Source: Clostridia bacterium
Lineage (GTDB): Bacteria > Bacillota > Clostridia > Christensenellales > UBA1242
Reading direction: 5' to 3'
Length of the DNA: 64,000 nucleotides
Assembly (NCBI GenBank): GCA_045594425.1
Contig: JAZNYK010000007.1
Coordinates: 151,765 to 215,764 of the forward strand
The position numbers and the translations under genes are program-made. Of this stretch, positions 54,549-62,996 are shown in pieces. The stretch's first letter is position 1. Every line of letters begins with the position of its first letter. The notes beneath the pieces are model-generated. The model saw only the letters and a list, made by a program, of their open reading frames with translations. It ran no database searches and was not told the DNA's origin.

Positions 54549-56382
54549 ATTTCACAACATCTTTATGATAATAATCAAATATAATCTTTGCCAAACTTTC
54601 ACCAATACCCTCAACCTTTGAAAGTTCTTTTTCACTCGCTTTGGCTATATTTTCAACAGACTTAAAATGTTTTAATAAAGACTTAACTTTCTTTTCACCA
54701 ATTCCTTCAATTTCCGAAAGTGAACTTTTTAAAGACTTTCCACGAAGTTCTCTGTGAAATGTTATTGCAAATCTATGCGATTCATCACGCACACGCTGCA
54801 AGAGCCTTAAAACATAATCTGATTTTTTAAGTTTTATTGACTCATTGCTTTTTGTTGTGCAAATTTCTTCATCACGCTCTGCTAGTGAAATAATTGGTAT
54901 ATCAAGCCCCAAATCAGTCATAACTTGCTCAACCGCATGAAGTTGACCAAAACCGCCATCAATCAAAATCAAATCAGGTTTTTTGCTAAAATTTTCCTTC
55001 TGCTCAATATAATCAGTCAACCTTCTAGTTAAAACTTCTCGCATTGACGCAAAATCATCAGGACCAACAACAGTCTTTATTTTAAACTTGCGATATTCTT
55101 TGTATGCAGGTTCGCCATTTTCAAATACAACCATAGATGCAACACTAAATTCACCGCTAATATTTGAAATATCAAAACCTTCAATTCTTTTAAGCCTTTT
55201 CAAACCAAGCATTTCTTTTAAAGATTCTTCTGCTTGAATTGTCATTTTGTATTTCTTTTCAATACGGTCTTTTGAATGAGTTAAATACTCAATAGCATTC
55301 TTCTCACAATTTTTTAAGAACTCTGTTTTAACACCAATCTTTGGAACAGTTACCTTAACTGCTCTATTTAGGTTTGAAAGCAAATAACCTTGAAGCATCT
55401 CACATTTTTCGGCGTCAAAATCAGCCACAACAACCTCTTTTGGAAGCATTGCAACGTCTGAATAATAATTTGAAATAAATGACAACAACAGGTCATTTTT
55501 CTCTCCAACAACTTCATATATTGGATAGTTTACCTGACCCACATTTTTACCTTTTCTAATCATCATCACGTTAATATCAAAAGTTTCGTCAAGTTCAGCA
55601 ATTGCAAAAACATCAATATCATGCTCGCTGTTTAAACTTGTTATTAATTCTTTATCAATATTTTCAACAGATTTAAGTTGATTTCTAACAACAAGTGCTT
55701 CTTCAAATCGAAGTTCTTCAGCAAACTTATTCATTTTTGCTTTTAATTGTTTTTTTATATCACCTGTTTTTCCATTCAAAAAATCTATAACTTTTTGAAG
55801 CATTTGCATATATTCTTGTTCACGCTCATCTGAAACACATGGAGCCAAACAATTTCCAATATCACCATGCAAACAAGGTCTTTCTAATCTTTTTTTATTG
55901 TTAAAATTTATATTGCACCAACGCACAGGATAAGCCGATTTTATTAAACTTAAAAGTTCGGTAATTCTAGTCCCCGTAACATAAGGACCAAACAGTAAAA
56001 CATGAGGTTCATTTTTTGGACGTCTTGCAATTTGAACTCTTGGATAAACCTCTTTCATATCAATTTTTAAATACGGAAAAGTCTTGTCATCTTTTAGCAA
56101 AATATTGTATTTTGGCTTGTATTTTTTAATTAAATTATTTTCCAATGAAAAAGCATCTAACTCTGAATTAGTTAGAATATATTCAAAATGGTCAATATTA
56201 GAAACAAGAGCATAAGTTTTTTGAGTTTTTGGTGTTGCATCAAAATAACTTTTAACCCTACGTTTTAAAGCCTTTGCCTTTCCAACATAAACAACCTCAT
56301 CCCCCGCATTTTTCATAATATAAACACCTGGAGAATCTGGAAGTTCAGTTTTCACCTTACTTAACAATTCTTCTCTATTCAT
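54547..56382 (-). CDS. uvrC: excinuclease ABC subunit C
   Basis: 611 aa. GIY-YIG (GVYIMKNAGDEVVYVGKAKALKRRV), UvrBC domain, C-terminal (HhH)2 (IEGIGEKKVKSLLKHF). Confidence 0.95.
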   Translation of the reverse strand: MNREELLSKVKTELPDSPGVYIMKNAGDEVVYVGKAKALKRRVKSYFDATPKTQKTYALVSNIDHFEYILTNSELDAFSLENNLIKKYKPKYNILLKDDKTFPYLKIDMKEVYPRVQIARRPKNEPHVLLFGPYVTGTRITELLSLIKSAYPVRWCNINFNNKKRLERPCLHGDIGNCLAPCVSDEREQEYMQMLQKVIDFLNGKTGDIKKQLKAKMNKFAEELRFEEALVVRNQLKSVENIDKELITSLNSEHDIDVFAIAELDETFDINVMMIRKGKNVGQVNYPIYEVVGEKNDLLLSFISNYYSDVAMLPKEVVVADFDAEKCEMLQGYLLSNLNRAVKVTVPKIGVKTEFLKNCEKNAIEYLTHSKDRIEKKYKMTIQAEESLKEMLGLKRLKRIEGFDISNISGEFSVASMVVFENGEPAYKEYRKFKIKTVVGPDDFASMREVLTRRLTDYIEQKENFSKKPDLILIDGGFGQLHAVEQVMTDLGLDIPIISLAERDEEICTTKSNESIKLKKSDYVLRLLQRVRDESHRFAITFHRELRGKSLKSSLSEIEGIGEKKVKSLLKHFKSVENIAKASEKELSKVEGIGESLAKIIFDYYHKDVVK

Positions 56383-56388
56383 AATAAA

Positions 56389-56397
56389 ATTATATCA
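56389..56397 (-). promoter_or_regulatory. extended -10 element placed for a leaderless uvrC mRNA
   Basis: Minus strand TGaTATAAT (56389-56397), followed by 6 nt (TTTATT) and the uvrC ATG at 56382. No SD. Confidence 0.55.
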
Positions 56398-56444
56398 CAA
56401 CTAAAACAAAATAAAAAGAAAAGTAACACAAATTACCTTCCTTT

Positions 56445-57449
56445 TTATTCCAGCACTTTCATAATTTTTTGAGCCTGTTCATCATTTACAACTCTTCTTA
56501 AACCTTTACCCATGATTGCTTCGTAATAATCAACATCAAAAACATCACCCATAACTCTTTTCATGGCTCTAAAAAGTTTTTCAATAGCAGCCGCACAAAA
56601 TGTTCGGTTAATTTCTTCAAATTCAGCAAATTCAGACTTAACACCAAGTTCCTTTGCTCTTTTTCCAAGATTGCCAAATGAAGCATTGTTCTTAAACAAA
56701 ATCATTAATCTTGTTATAACAAAACGCTCAACTTCAACGCCTGAAAAATAAGGGCTATCACCACGTCTGCTCATATGATTATCAATAATCATCAAATGAT
56801 TTAAATCTGAAATAACGTTTTTAGCATGAATATCTGGAGTGCTAACTCTGCCTTCCAAAAACATATTTTGCAAACTTAAAACAAAGTTTTCCAAAACACT
56901 ATCAGGCATAGCCTCGATAGAAATATTCACATTCATAAAATCACGAATATATTCTCTTGCAATTTCTTTAAAATCCCCCATGTGTTTTTGCGGTGTTTTT
57001 AATGCATGAGAAAATTGTTTTAATGTAAAACGGTCTTGAACCAAAGTATAAATGTCTTCTAAGTGTGTATAAAACAATTCCCTGCCTTGTGCACGCTCTT
57101 CCAAAACGTAATAATCACAGTCATAATAGTATGAACTTGAATGTTTTGATTCAAATGGTTTATGAACCCTAGGAACAGAAAGCCAAGAATATATTTTTGG
57201 TGTGCAATAACCCTTTTGTGCAAACTGGGCATTTTCATCACAATAAGCATCAAATATATCGGATAGAACATCCCATTTTTTTTCGTTATTATATTTTTTT
57301 ACAACATATTTGTCATCAATAAAATAAGCGGTTCCTTCGCAACCACTTACACTTTTGCAATTTTTTAAATGCGGAATTAATCCAAGCAAAACTCTATCGC
57401 ATTCATCTCTAGACAACTCATCGAGATTAGCAACATTCAAATTTTTCAT
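56445..57449 (-). CDS. hypothetical protein-kinase-like fold protein (paralog P1)
   Basis: 334 aa. G-loop-like SGCEGTAYF, VVKKY (Lys), hinge YYVLEERAQGRELF, catalytic-loop-like PDIHAKNV (D..H.. N at +5), IDN. Clearly paralogous to the 58003-58950 gene. SD AGAGGTG. Confidence 0.6.
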   Translation of the reverse strand: MKNLNVANLDELSRDECDRVLLGLIPHLKNCKSVSGCEGTAYFIDDKYVVKKYNNEKKWDVLSDIFDAYCDENAQFAQKGYCTPKIYSWLSVPRVHKPFESKHSSSYYYDCDYYVLEERAQGRELFYTHLEDIYTLVQDRFTLKQFSHALKTPQKHMGDFKEIAREYIRDFMNVNISIEAMPDSVLENFVLSLQNMFLEGRVSTPDIHAKNVISDLNHLMIIDNHMSRRGDSPYFSGVEVERFVITRLMILFKNNASFGNLGKRAKELGVKSEFAEFEEINRTFCAAAIEKLFRAMKRVMGDVFDVDYYEAIMGKGLRRVVNDEQAQKIMKVLE

Positions 57450-57513
57450 ATCGCCACACCTCTTGTTTAGCGTTATTACTACAACCCAAATTCAATATCA
57501 TTAGAAGGCTGAT

Positions 57514-57834
57514 TTACCCTTTCCGATATTTTTGTTGGCTTATTTGAAACAACTTTTTTTGTGAATCTTTTGTTTTTGTTAGGTCGTCAATCATTTCTTT
57601 TGTTGGTATTTGAACTTTTTGAACTGACTTTTTTTCTTTAGGTTTAAACAAGTTAGCAATACCACTTGAAGCAAAACCAACCACACCAAGCCCCACAAGT
57701 GAAAACATTGATGCAACATTCAAAACTGAAAATGGGTCTACAACCCCAACAACTGCACCCAAGGCAAAAAAACCAACAGAAAGAGCCATCATAACTTTTG
57801 CAAACTTACTTGTTTTTGAAGAGGTTTCCTTCAT
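57514..57834 (-). CDS. small hypothetical 2-TM membrane protein
   Basis: 106 aa. Strong SD AGGAGG. Two hydrophobic helices and a basic C-terminal tail. Confidence 0.7.
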   Translation of the reverse strand: MKETSSKTSKFAKVMMALSVGFFALGAVVGVVDPFSVLNVASMFSLVGLGVVGFASSGIANLFKPKEKKSVQKVQIPTKEMIDDLTKTKDSQKKLFQISQQKYRKG

Positions 57835-57957
57835 TGATTTTACCTCCTAATTTTGATTGATTTTTACAACCTAAACTTATTATAACATAACCTAGCACCA
57901 AAGTAAACACCAACAAGTAATATTTATTAAAAATTTGCGTAAATTCAAATAAAATAA

Positions 57958-57980
57958 GGTGTTATGTTTCACATAACACC
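57958..57980 (-). repeat. GGTGTTATG-N5-CATAACACC hairpin copy (perfect arms)
   Basis: Plus strand GGTGTTATG-TTTCA-CATAACACC, 22 nt after the stop of kinase-like P2. On the minus strand it is followed by TTATTTTATTTGAATTTACGC. Confidence 0.85.
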
Positions 57981-58002
57981 CCCATTATTATCACCAATAT
58001 AA

Positions 58003-58950
58003 TTATTGCATTTCAATCTCTTTGCAAATTTCTTCCGAACGTTTTTTGCCAAACACATCAGTGGATATTTTTTCACAAACACCAAAATCAAACTCACCCA
58101 ATTTATTTGAGCCAAGCAAACCAGTTGCAGTTTTAACATATCTTTTCATCGCTTCAAAACAAACATCTTCGTTTTGTTTTTTCAATCTATCCAAAACATC
58201 ATAGTTAGCGCAACAAATTCTAGAATGTTTTTTAACTCTCTCATTATCAATAAACATTAAAAACATATCTCTAATAACCATTGCCCTAACAGATTCAGGA
58301 TTATCATAATTCTCTTTTTTAAAACCCAAAAAAGCATTATCAATAGCAGTGAGTTTTTTTCCATCAAACATAATGTTTGCAGATTGAACATCCGGTGAAC
58401 TATAAAGTGATTCAACGCCCATGTTATAATCAGTCATAACAAATCTTTCAAGTTCAGAATCAGACAATGAAAGCAATGCTTGATTGGTTTCTAAATATGC
58501 TTTAATATATTCACCCACAATCATTCCAAACAAATCGGCATTCTTTGCTTTATATTTTATTGCTTTAGAAAAATCCGCTTTATCACAAAAACTTTGACAT
58601 CTTGAATATATTTTTGAAAGGTCACTTTCAAACAACATACTCCCCTTAATACGTTCTTGCAACACATAAAAATTAAATAGTTTTTTATTCCTTGATGGAA
58701 TTGCCGTCCAAGAATAAACCTTTGGAACTGCATAACCCATATCACCAAAATTTTTTATTTCTTCACAAAACCTGAAAAACATTTCAGCATCTTCATCACG
58801 AGCAAAATATTGTTTTACAACATAATCATCATCAACAAAATATACTCTTCCTTCAGTTCCAGAAAGCCAACTAAACTTTCCTAAATTTGGAACAAATGAC
58901 GCCAAAATTTTATCATTCATACTTTCACCTAAAACTAAACCTTTATCCAT
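58003..58950 (-). CDS. hypothetical protein-kinase-like fold protein (paralog P2)
   Basis: 315 aa. SGTEGRVYF, VVKQY, FYVLQERIKGSMLF, PDVQSANIMF, AIDN align with P1. The start is ambiguous: ATG 58950 (leaderless geometry) or ATG 58920 (AGGTGA 4 nt upstream). Confidence 0.6.
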   Translation of the reverse strand: MDKGLVLGESMNDKILASFVPNLGKFSWLSGTEGRVYFVDDDYVVKQYFARDEDAEMFFRFCEEIKNFGDMGYAVPKVYSWTAIPSRNKKLFNFYVLQERIKGSMLFESDLSKIYSRCQSFCDKADFSKAIKYKAKNADLFGMIVGEYIKAYLETNQALLSLSDSELERFVMTDYNMGVESLYSSPDVQSANIMFDGKKLTAIDNAFLGFKKENYDNPESVRAMVIRDMFLMFIDNERVKKHSRICCANYDVLDRLKKQNEDVCFEAMKRYVKTATGLLGSNKLGEFDFGVCEKISTDVFGKKRSEEICKEIEMQ

Positions 58951-58958
58951 ATATAGTT

Positions 58959-58988
58959 ATTATATCATATATATTATATATGTGTAAA
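58959..58988 (-). promoter_or_regulatory. candidate promoter of kinase-like P2
   Basis: Minus strand TTTACA (58983-58988), 18-nt spacer, TATAAT (58959-58964), 8 nt before the ATG at 58950. Confidence 0.5.
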
Positions 58989-59037
58989 TACAAAATCAAA
59001 ATTTAATATAAATTTAACGTAAATGCGGAAAATAAAA

Positions 59038-59060
59038 GGTGTTATGTTTAACATAACACC
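59038..59060 (-). repeat. GGTGTTATG-N5-CATAACACC hairpin copy (perfect arms)
   Basis: Plus strand GGTGTTATG-TTTAA-CATAACACC, 7 nt after the prfA stop. On the minus strand it is followed by TTTTATTTTCCGCATTTACG. Confidence 0.85.
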
Positions 59061-59067
59061 CTGAAAT

Positions 59068-60147
59068 TTAATTATTTTCACCTTCAATATTTGCAAGTCT
59101 TGCTTGTTGGTCTGCAACGGTTAATGCTTTAACCATATCACCAATATCACCATTCATAAAGTTTTCAAGAGAATAGATTGTCATATTGATTCTGTGGTCT
59201 GTTACCCTGCTTTGTGGGTAGTTGTATGTTCTAATCTTTTCACTTCTATCACCACTTCCAACTTGCAACTTTCTTTTTTCAGCATAAGCAGAATCTTCTT
59301 GCGATTGATAATAATCATAAAGTTTTGACTTAAGCCAGTTCATTGCTTTTTCTCTATTTTTACCTTGGCTTCTTTCATCTTGACAAGCAACAATAATACC
59401 TGTTGGAATATGTGTGATACGAATTGCAGATTCGGTTTTGTTTACGTGTTGTCCACCAGCACCTCCCGCTCTGTAATAATCAATTTGCAAATCTTTTTCA
59501 TTAATATCAATTTGAACGTTCTTTGCTTCAGGTAAAACAGCAACAGTTGCAGCCGATGTGTGGATTCTTCCAGAACTTTCAGTTACAGGAACTCTTTGAA
59601 CTCTATGAACACCACTTTCAAACTTGAATTTAGCATAAGCACCTTTTCCAGTAACCATGAAGTTAACTTGTTTTATAACGCCACCTTCAGCACCTTCTTC
59701 ATCAAGAACTTCAACCTTGAAACGATTTCTGTCAGCAAACATTGTATACATTCTAAATAGGTCACCAGCAAAAATGCCTGCTTCATCACCACCAACACCC
59801 GCTCTGATTTCAACAATAACGTTACCTTCATCGTTTTCATCTTTTGGAAGAAGCAAAATCTTAAGTTCCTCTTCAATTTCCTTAAGTCTTTCTTTTCCAC
59901 CATAGAATTCGTCATTAAGCATAGAAAGCATTTCAGGGTCTGTTTCAACCTTCATCATTTCTTCAGCATCTTTCATATCGTTTTCAACTTTAACGTATTC
60001 ATCATATTTTTCAACGATTGGTGCTAAATCTGATTGTTCTTTAGATTTTTTTTGCCAAACAGACATATCAGCCAAAATATTTGGGTCAATCAAATCTTTT
60101 GTAAGTTCATCAAATCTTTCTTTAATCTTTTTTAATCTTTCAATCAT
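59068..60147 (-). CDS. prfA: peptide chain release factor 1
   Basis: 359 aa. GGQHVNKTESAIRITHIPTG (GGQ), RTYNYPQSRVTDHRI. SD GGGAGA. Confidence 0.95.
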   Translation of the reverse strand: MIERLKKIKERFDELTKDLIDPNILADMSVWQKKSKEQSDLAPIVEKYDEYVKVENDMKDAEEMMKVETDPEMLSMLNDEFYGGKERLKEIEEELKILLLPKDENDEGNVIVEIRAGVGGDEAGIFAGDLFRMYTMFADRNRFKVEVLDEEGAEGGVIKQVNFMVTGKGAYAKFKFESGVHRVQRVPVTESSGRIHTSAATVAVLPEAKNVQIDINEKDLQIDYYRAGGAGGQHVNKTESAIRITHIPTGIIVACQDERSQGKNREKAMNWLKSKLYDYYQSQEDSAYAEKRKLQVGSGDRSEKIRTYNYPQSRVTDHRINMTIYSLENFMNGDIGDMVKALTVADQQARLANIEGENN

Positions 60148-60980
60148 ATAATTTCTCCCACAACAACCCTGTTGTTGTTTCCATAATCTTTAAACACTTG
60201 AATGTTTTTGAAACTCTTTTGCATAAGTGCAGAAACAGTTTCTGCTTGATTGTAACCAATCTCAAAATACAACTTGCCGTTTTTATTCAAATATTTTGGT
60301 GCATCATTAACAATCTTTCGATAATAATCAAGCCCATCAACACCACCATCTAACGCCAAAATTGGCTCATTTTCAACAACTTCTTTATCCAAGCCTTTAA
60401 CAACATCGGTTTCAATATAAGGCGGATTGCTAACCACAAAATCAAACTTGCCATCAACATTTTCAAACAAGTCAGACAAAATAAAATCTACATCAGCATT
60501 ATTCTTTTTTGCATTGCGTTTTGCAATATCAAGTGCTTTTTGGCTAACATCAACCGCTGTAACTTTTGCACCCGTTTCTTTTTGAACAACAATAGCAATT
60601 GCACCAGAACCCGTGCCAATATCTAAAACAGAAGGTTTTCCTGCCTTTAAATTAACATCCTCAACAAGTTTTTCCACCAAAACCTCTGTGTCTAGCCTTG
60701 GAATTAACACATTCTTGTCAACATCAAAATCATATCCAAAAAAAGATGTTTTTCCAAAAATGTATGCAAGCGGAATATGTTTCAACCTTTTTTCAACTGC
60801 ATCCATAATTTTTTTTGTTTCTTCAGTTGAAAATTTTCCATGAAACGGAAGCATACTTCTTTGCTTTCCCGTAACTTCCACCATAATCCAATCAATATCA
60901 GCAAACTCATCAATGCCCGCTTCTGTAAACATTTTTTCAAGGTTTTTCTTTAGTTCATGATAATCTAACAAAACTTTCAT
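60144..60980 (-). CDS. prmC: release factor glutamine N5-methyltransferase
   Basis: LDIGTGSGAIAI SAM motif and VSNPPYI (NPPY). Start at ATG 60978-60980 after GGAGG. Overlaps the prfA start by 4 nt. Confidence 0.9.
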   Translation of the reverse strand: MKVLLDYHELKKNLEKMFTEAGIDEFADIDWIMVEVTGKQRSMLPFHGKFSTEETKKIMDAVEKRLKHIPLAYIFGKTSFFGYDFDVDKNVLIPRLDTEVLVEKLVEDVNLKAGKPSVLDIGTGSGAIAIVVQKETGAKVTAVDVSQKALDIAKRNAKKNNADVDFILSDLFENVDGKFDFVVSNPPYIETDVVKGLDKEVVENEPILALDGGVDGLDYYRKIVNDAPKYLNKNGKLYFEIGYNQAETVSALMQKSFKNIQVFKDYGNNNRVVVGEII

Positions 60981-61025
60981 AAAACCTCCAAAAAAAATGT
61001 GCGTAAACAAAAAATTTTACACACA

Positions 61026-61056
61026 TTAAAAAGTGCAGACAAAAAGTGCCTGCACA
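61026..61056 (-). terminator. probable intrinsic terminator after rpmE
   Basis: GTGCAG (61033-61038) / CTGCAC (61050-61055) with an 11-nt loop. Minus-strand T-run. Confidence 0.5.
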
Positions 61057-61067
61057 AAATATCACAG

Positions 61068-61277
61068 TTATTTCTTGATTCCGTATCTTTTGTTGAATCT
61101 TTCAACTCTACCACCAGCATCAACGATTTTTTGAGTTCCTGTGAAGAATGGATGACATTTGTTGCAAATATCAATCTTAATCACATCACCATCTTTTGTT
61201 GAACCAGTTTCAAAAGTGTTTCCGCAAGCGCAAACAACTTTAACGGTGTGATAATTTGGATGAACGTTTTCTTTCAT
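61068..61277 (-). CDS. rpmE: 50S ribosomal protein L31 (Zn-ribbon type)
   Basis: [27 protein letters not shown]...[11 protein letters not shown]. Start at ATG 61275-61277 after AAGGAG. The ORF-track extension to 61322 runs into the promoter. Confidence 0.95.
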   Translation of the reverse strand: MKENVHPNYHTVKVVCACGNTFETGSTKDGDVIKIDICNKCHPFFTGTQKIVDAGGRVERFNKRYGIKK

Positions 61278-61310
61278 TTTAGTAATCTCCTTAATAACAT
61301 AAGCATTGAA

Positions 61311-61339
61311 ATTATATAACACAAAACCTTTATTGTCAA
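61311..61339 (-). promoter_or_regulatory. consensus promoter of rpmE
   Basis: Minus strand TTGACA (61334-61339), 17-nt spacer, TATAAT (61311-61316). Confidence 0.8.
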
Positions 61340-61419
61340 GTATTTTTATTTTTTTGTTTTAATTTGGAATAAAATTTTTAATATTGAAAAACACTAACAA
61401 AAATAAAGGAGAAAATCTT

Positions 61420-61521
61420 ATGACAAAACAATACTTTCCTATTGGTGACGGCATTGCTGAAGCCCTTGAAACACATTCTGAAAACGCTTATATTTTCTGT
61501 GCCCCAGAAACTATTGAATAA
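61420..61521 (+). CDS. unannotated 33-codon small ORF
   Basis: AAAGGAGAAAATCTT-ATG. Translation MTKQYFPIGDGIAEALETHSENAYIFCAPETIE. The TAA stop (61519-61521) directly abuts the stop of the convergent 61522-62934 gene. Below the ORF-track length cut-off. Confidence 0.3.
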   Translation: MTKQYFPIGDGIAEALETHSENAYIFCAPETIE

Positions 61522-62934
61522 TTAAACAAAAACCTCATCATCAAAAGAATAATCTCTTATAAATTTAAGATATCTTTTTGCAACCCCAACAGACACCGGT
61601 GCAAAATTATGATATGACACACAAACATTAAAACCGAATCTTTTAACAGGTGCAAGATTGTGAACATGACCAAACAAACTCAAACAATCTTTTGCATGAG
61701 TGAGCGGTCTGTGAGTTAAAAACACTTTTTCACCAAGCACACTCTCATCTAAATAGATTCCCTCTTTATACACTTCTTGAAACCCAAGTTCAAGAAGTTT
61801 TTTTCTAAAGGTTTCAAAATCATCTTTATAGTCCGCTTCTTCATAGTTTCCACAAATCAAAACAACTTTTCCATTAAGTTCCTTGATTTTTTCATAATTT
61901 CCAAAATCACCCAAATGATAAACTGTATCATTTTTTGAAACAACTTGATTCCAACGCCTGATAAGTTCTTTATCTGATTCTTCCACAGTTTTAAATGGAA
62001 CTTGTTTTAGTTTAACCTTTCTAATTTGCGAAAAATGAGTGTCTGAAACAAAAAATGTTTTTTCAGCAAATGGATTTGCATCTATTTTATTAATTGAAAT
62101 AATAAAATCTTTCCATAACCTTGAATTTGGTAAAATATCAAAAACATAATGTATTTTATGTGACTGTTTTAACTTCTTTTGTTCTTTCAAAATTTCATTT
62201 ACATCAATATCTTTCACTTTAAAATAATCTTTATGCAAAACATATCCCACTGGAACTATGTCAAAAATTGTTTTTAACCCCATATCATGATTGATTTTAT
62301 CGTAGGTTTTTACACAATCAATTAAATACTTTCCAATCAAACTTTCTGAAATATGATGTTCCATCTCATAAACACTAGAAACAACTTGTCTTGCAATATA
62401 GTTTGGAATCACCGTAAACTCAACACCGCTTTTTGCAACAATTTCAAATGCAAGTTTATCACTTTTATAATTAAAATCTTCAAACTCATCCATCATCAAA
62501 TTGCCAGTTCCAAGCCATACAATATGCAATTTTTCTTTTACACTTTTATAATGTTTTAAAAGAACCGCTATATTTGTTAATGGACCGGTTGCAATAACAA
62601 CCAATTTATCCACAAGTTTTGCTTCTTTAGCAATCTTTTTCACTGCTGGAGAAACTTCATCATAACCAAGCGAAACATAACTAGTGCTTCCTTCAAAAAT
62701 AAAATCTTCCGAAAAAACACCCATAAGTGAGAGCAATCTTCTTGCTTCAAACTTACTGTCAAGTTGCATTTCTTCAATTGTTTCCCCATTTCTTTTTGAC
62801 TTAAATGGCTCAATTGTTATTGCTTTTATATCAAGCATTTCCATATTTGCAAAAGCATAAACAATTGCAAACCTATCATCAACATTGTTTGTTATATCTG
62901 AATCTAAAATAACATTAATCTTTTCTTTTTTCAT
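61522..62934 (-). CDS. fusion protein: N-terminal inosine/uridine-preferring nucleoside hydrolase-like domain + C-terminal calcineurin-like metallophosphoesterase domain
   Basis: N-terminus: INVILDSDITNNVDDRFAIVYA (the D.D...DD nucleoside hydrolase signature). C-terminus: FFVSDTHFS, HLGDFGN, CGNYEE, GHVHN (metallophosphoesterase motifs). Start taken at ATG 62932-62934, 6 nt after TATAAT. The alternative TTG at 62967 has no SD. Confidence 0.7.
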   Translation of the reverse strand: MKKEKINVILDSDITNNVDDRFAIVYAFANMEMLDIKAITIEPFKSKRNGETIEEMQLDSKFEARRLLSLMGVFSEDFIFEGSTSYVSLGYDEVSPAVKKIAKEAKLVDKLVVIATGPLTNIAVLLKHYKSVKEKLHIVWLGTGNLMMDEFEDFNYKSDKLAFEIVAKSGVEFTVIPNYIARQVVSSVYEMEHHISESLIGKYLIDCVKTYDKINHDMGLKTIFDIVPVGYVLHKDYFKVKDIDVNEILKEQKKLKQSHKIHYVFDILPNSRLWKDFIISINKIDANPFAEKTFFVSDTHFSQIRKVKLKQVPFKTVEESDKELIRRWNQVVSKNDTVYHLGDFGNYEKIKELNGKVVLICGNYEEADYKDDFETFRKKLLELGFQEVYKEGIYLDESVLGEKVFLTHRPLTHAKDCLSLFGHVHNLAPVKRFGFNVCVSYHNFAPVSVGVAKRYLKFIRDYSFDDEVFV

Positions 62935-62969
62935 AGACTTATTATACAATTTTTTCTTTATAAACAAAA

Positions 62970-62996
62970 TAAAAATAGGCGTTAAGCCTATTTTTA
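62970..62996 (-). terminator. intrinsic terminator after ileS
   Basis: AAAATAGGC (62972-62980), loop GTTAA, GCCTATTTT (62986-62994). Minus-strand T-run. Confidence 0.8.
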
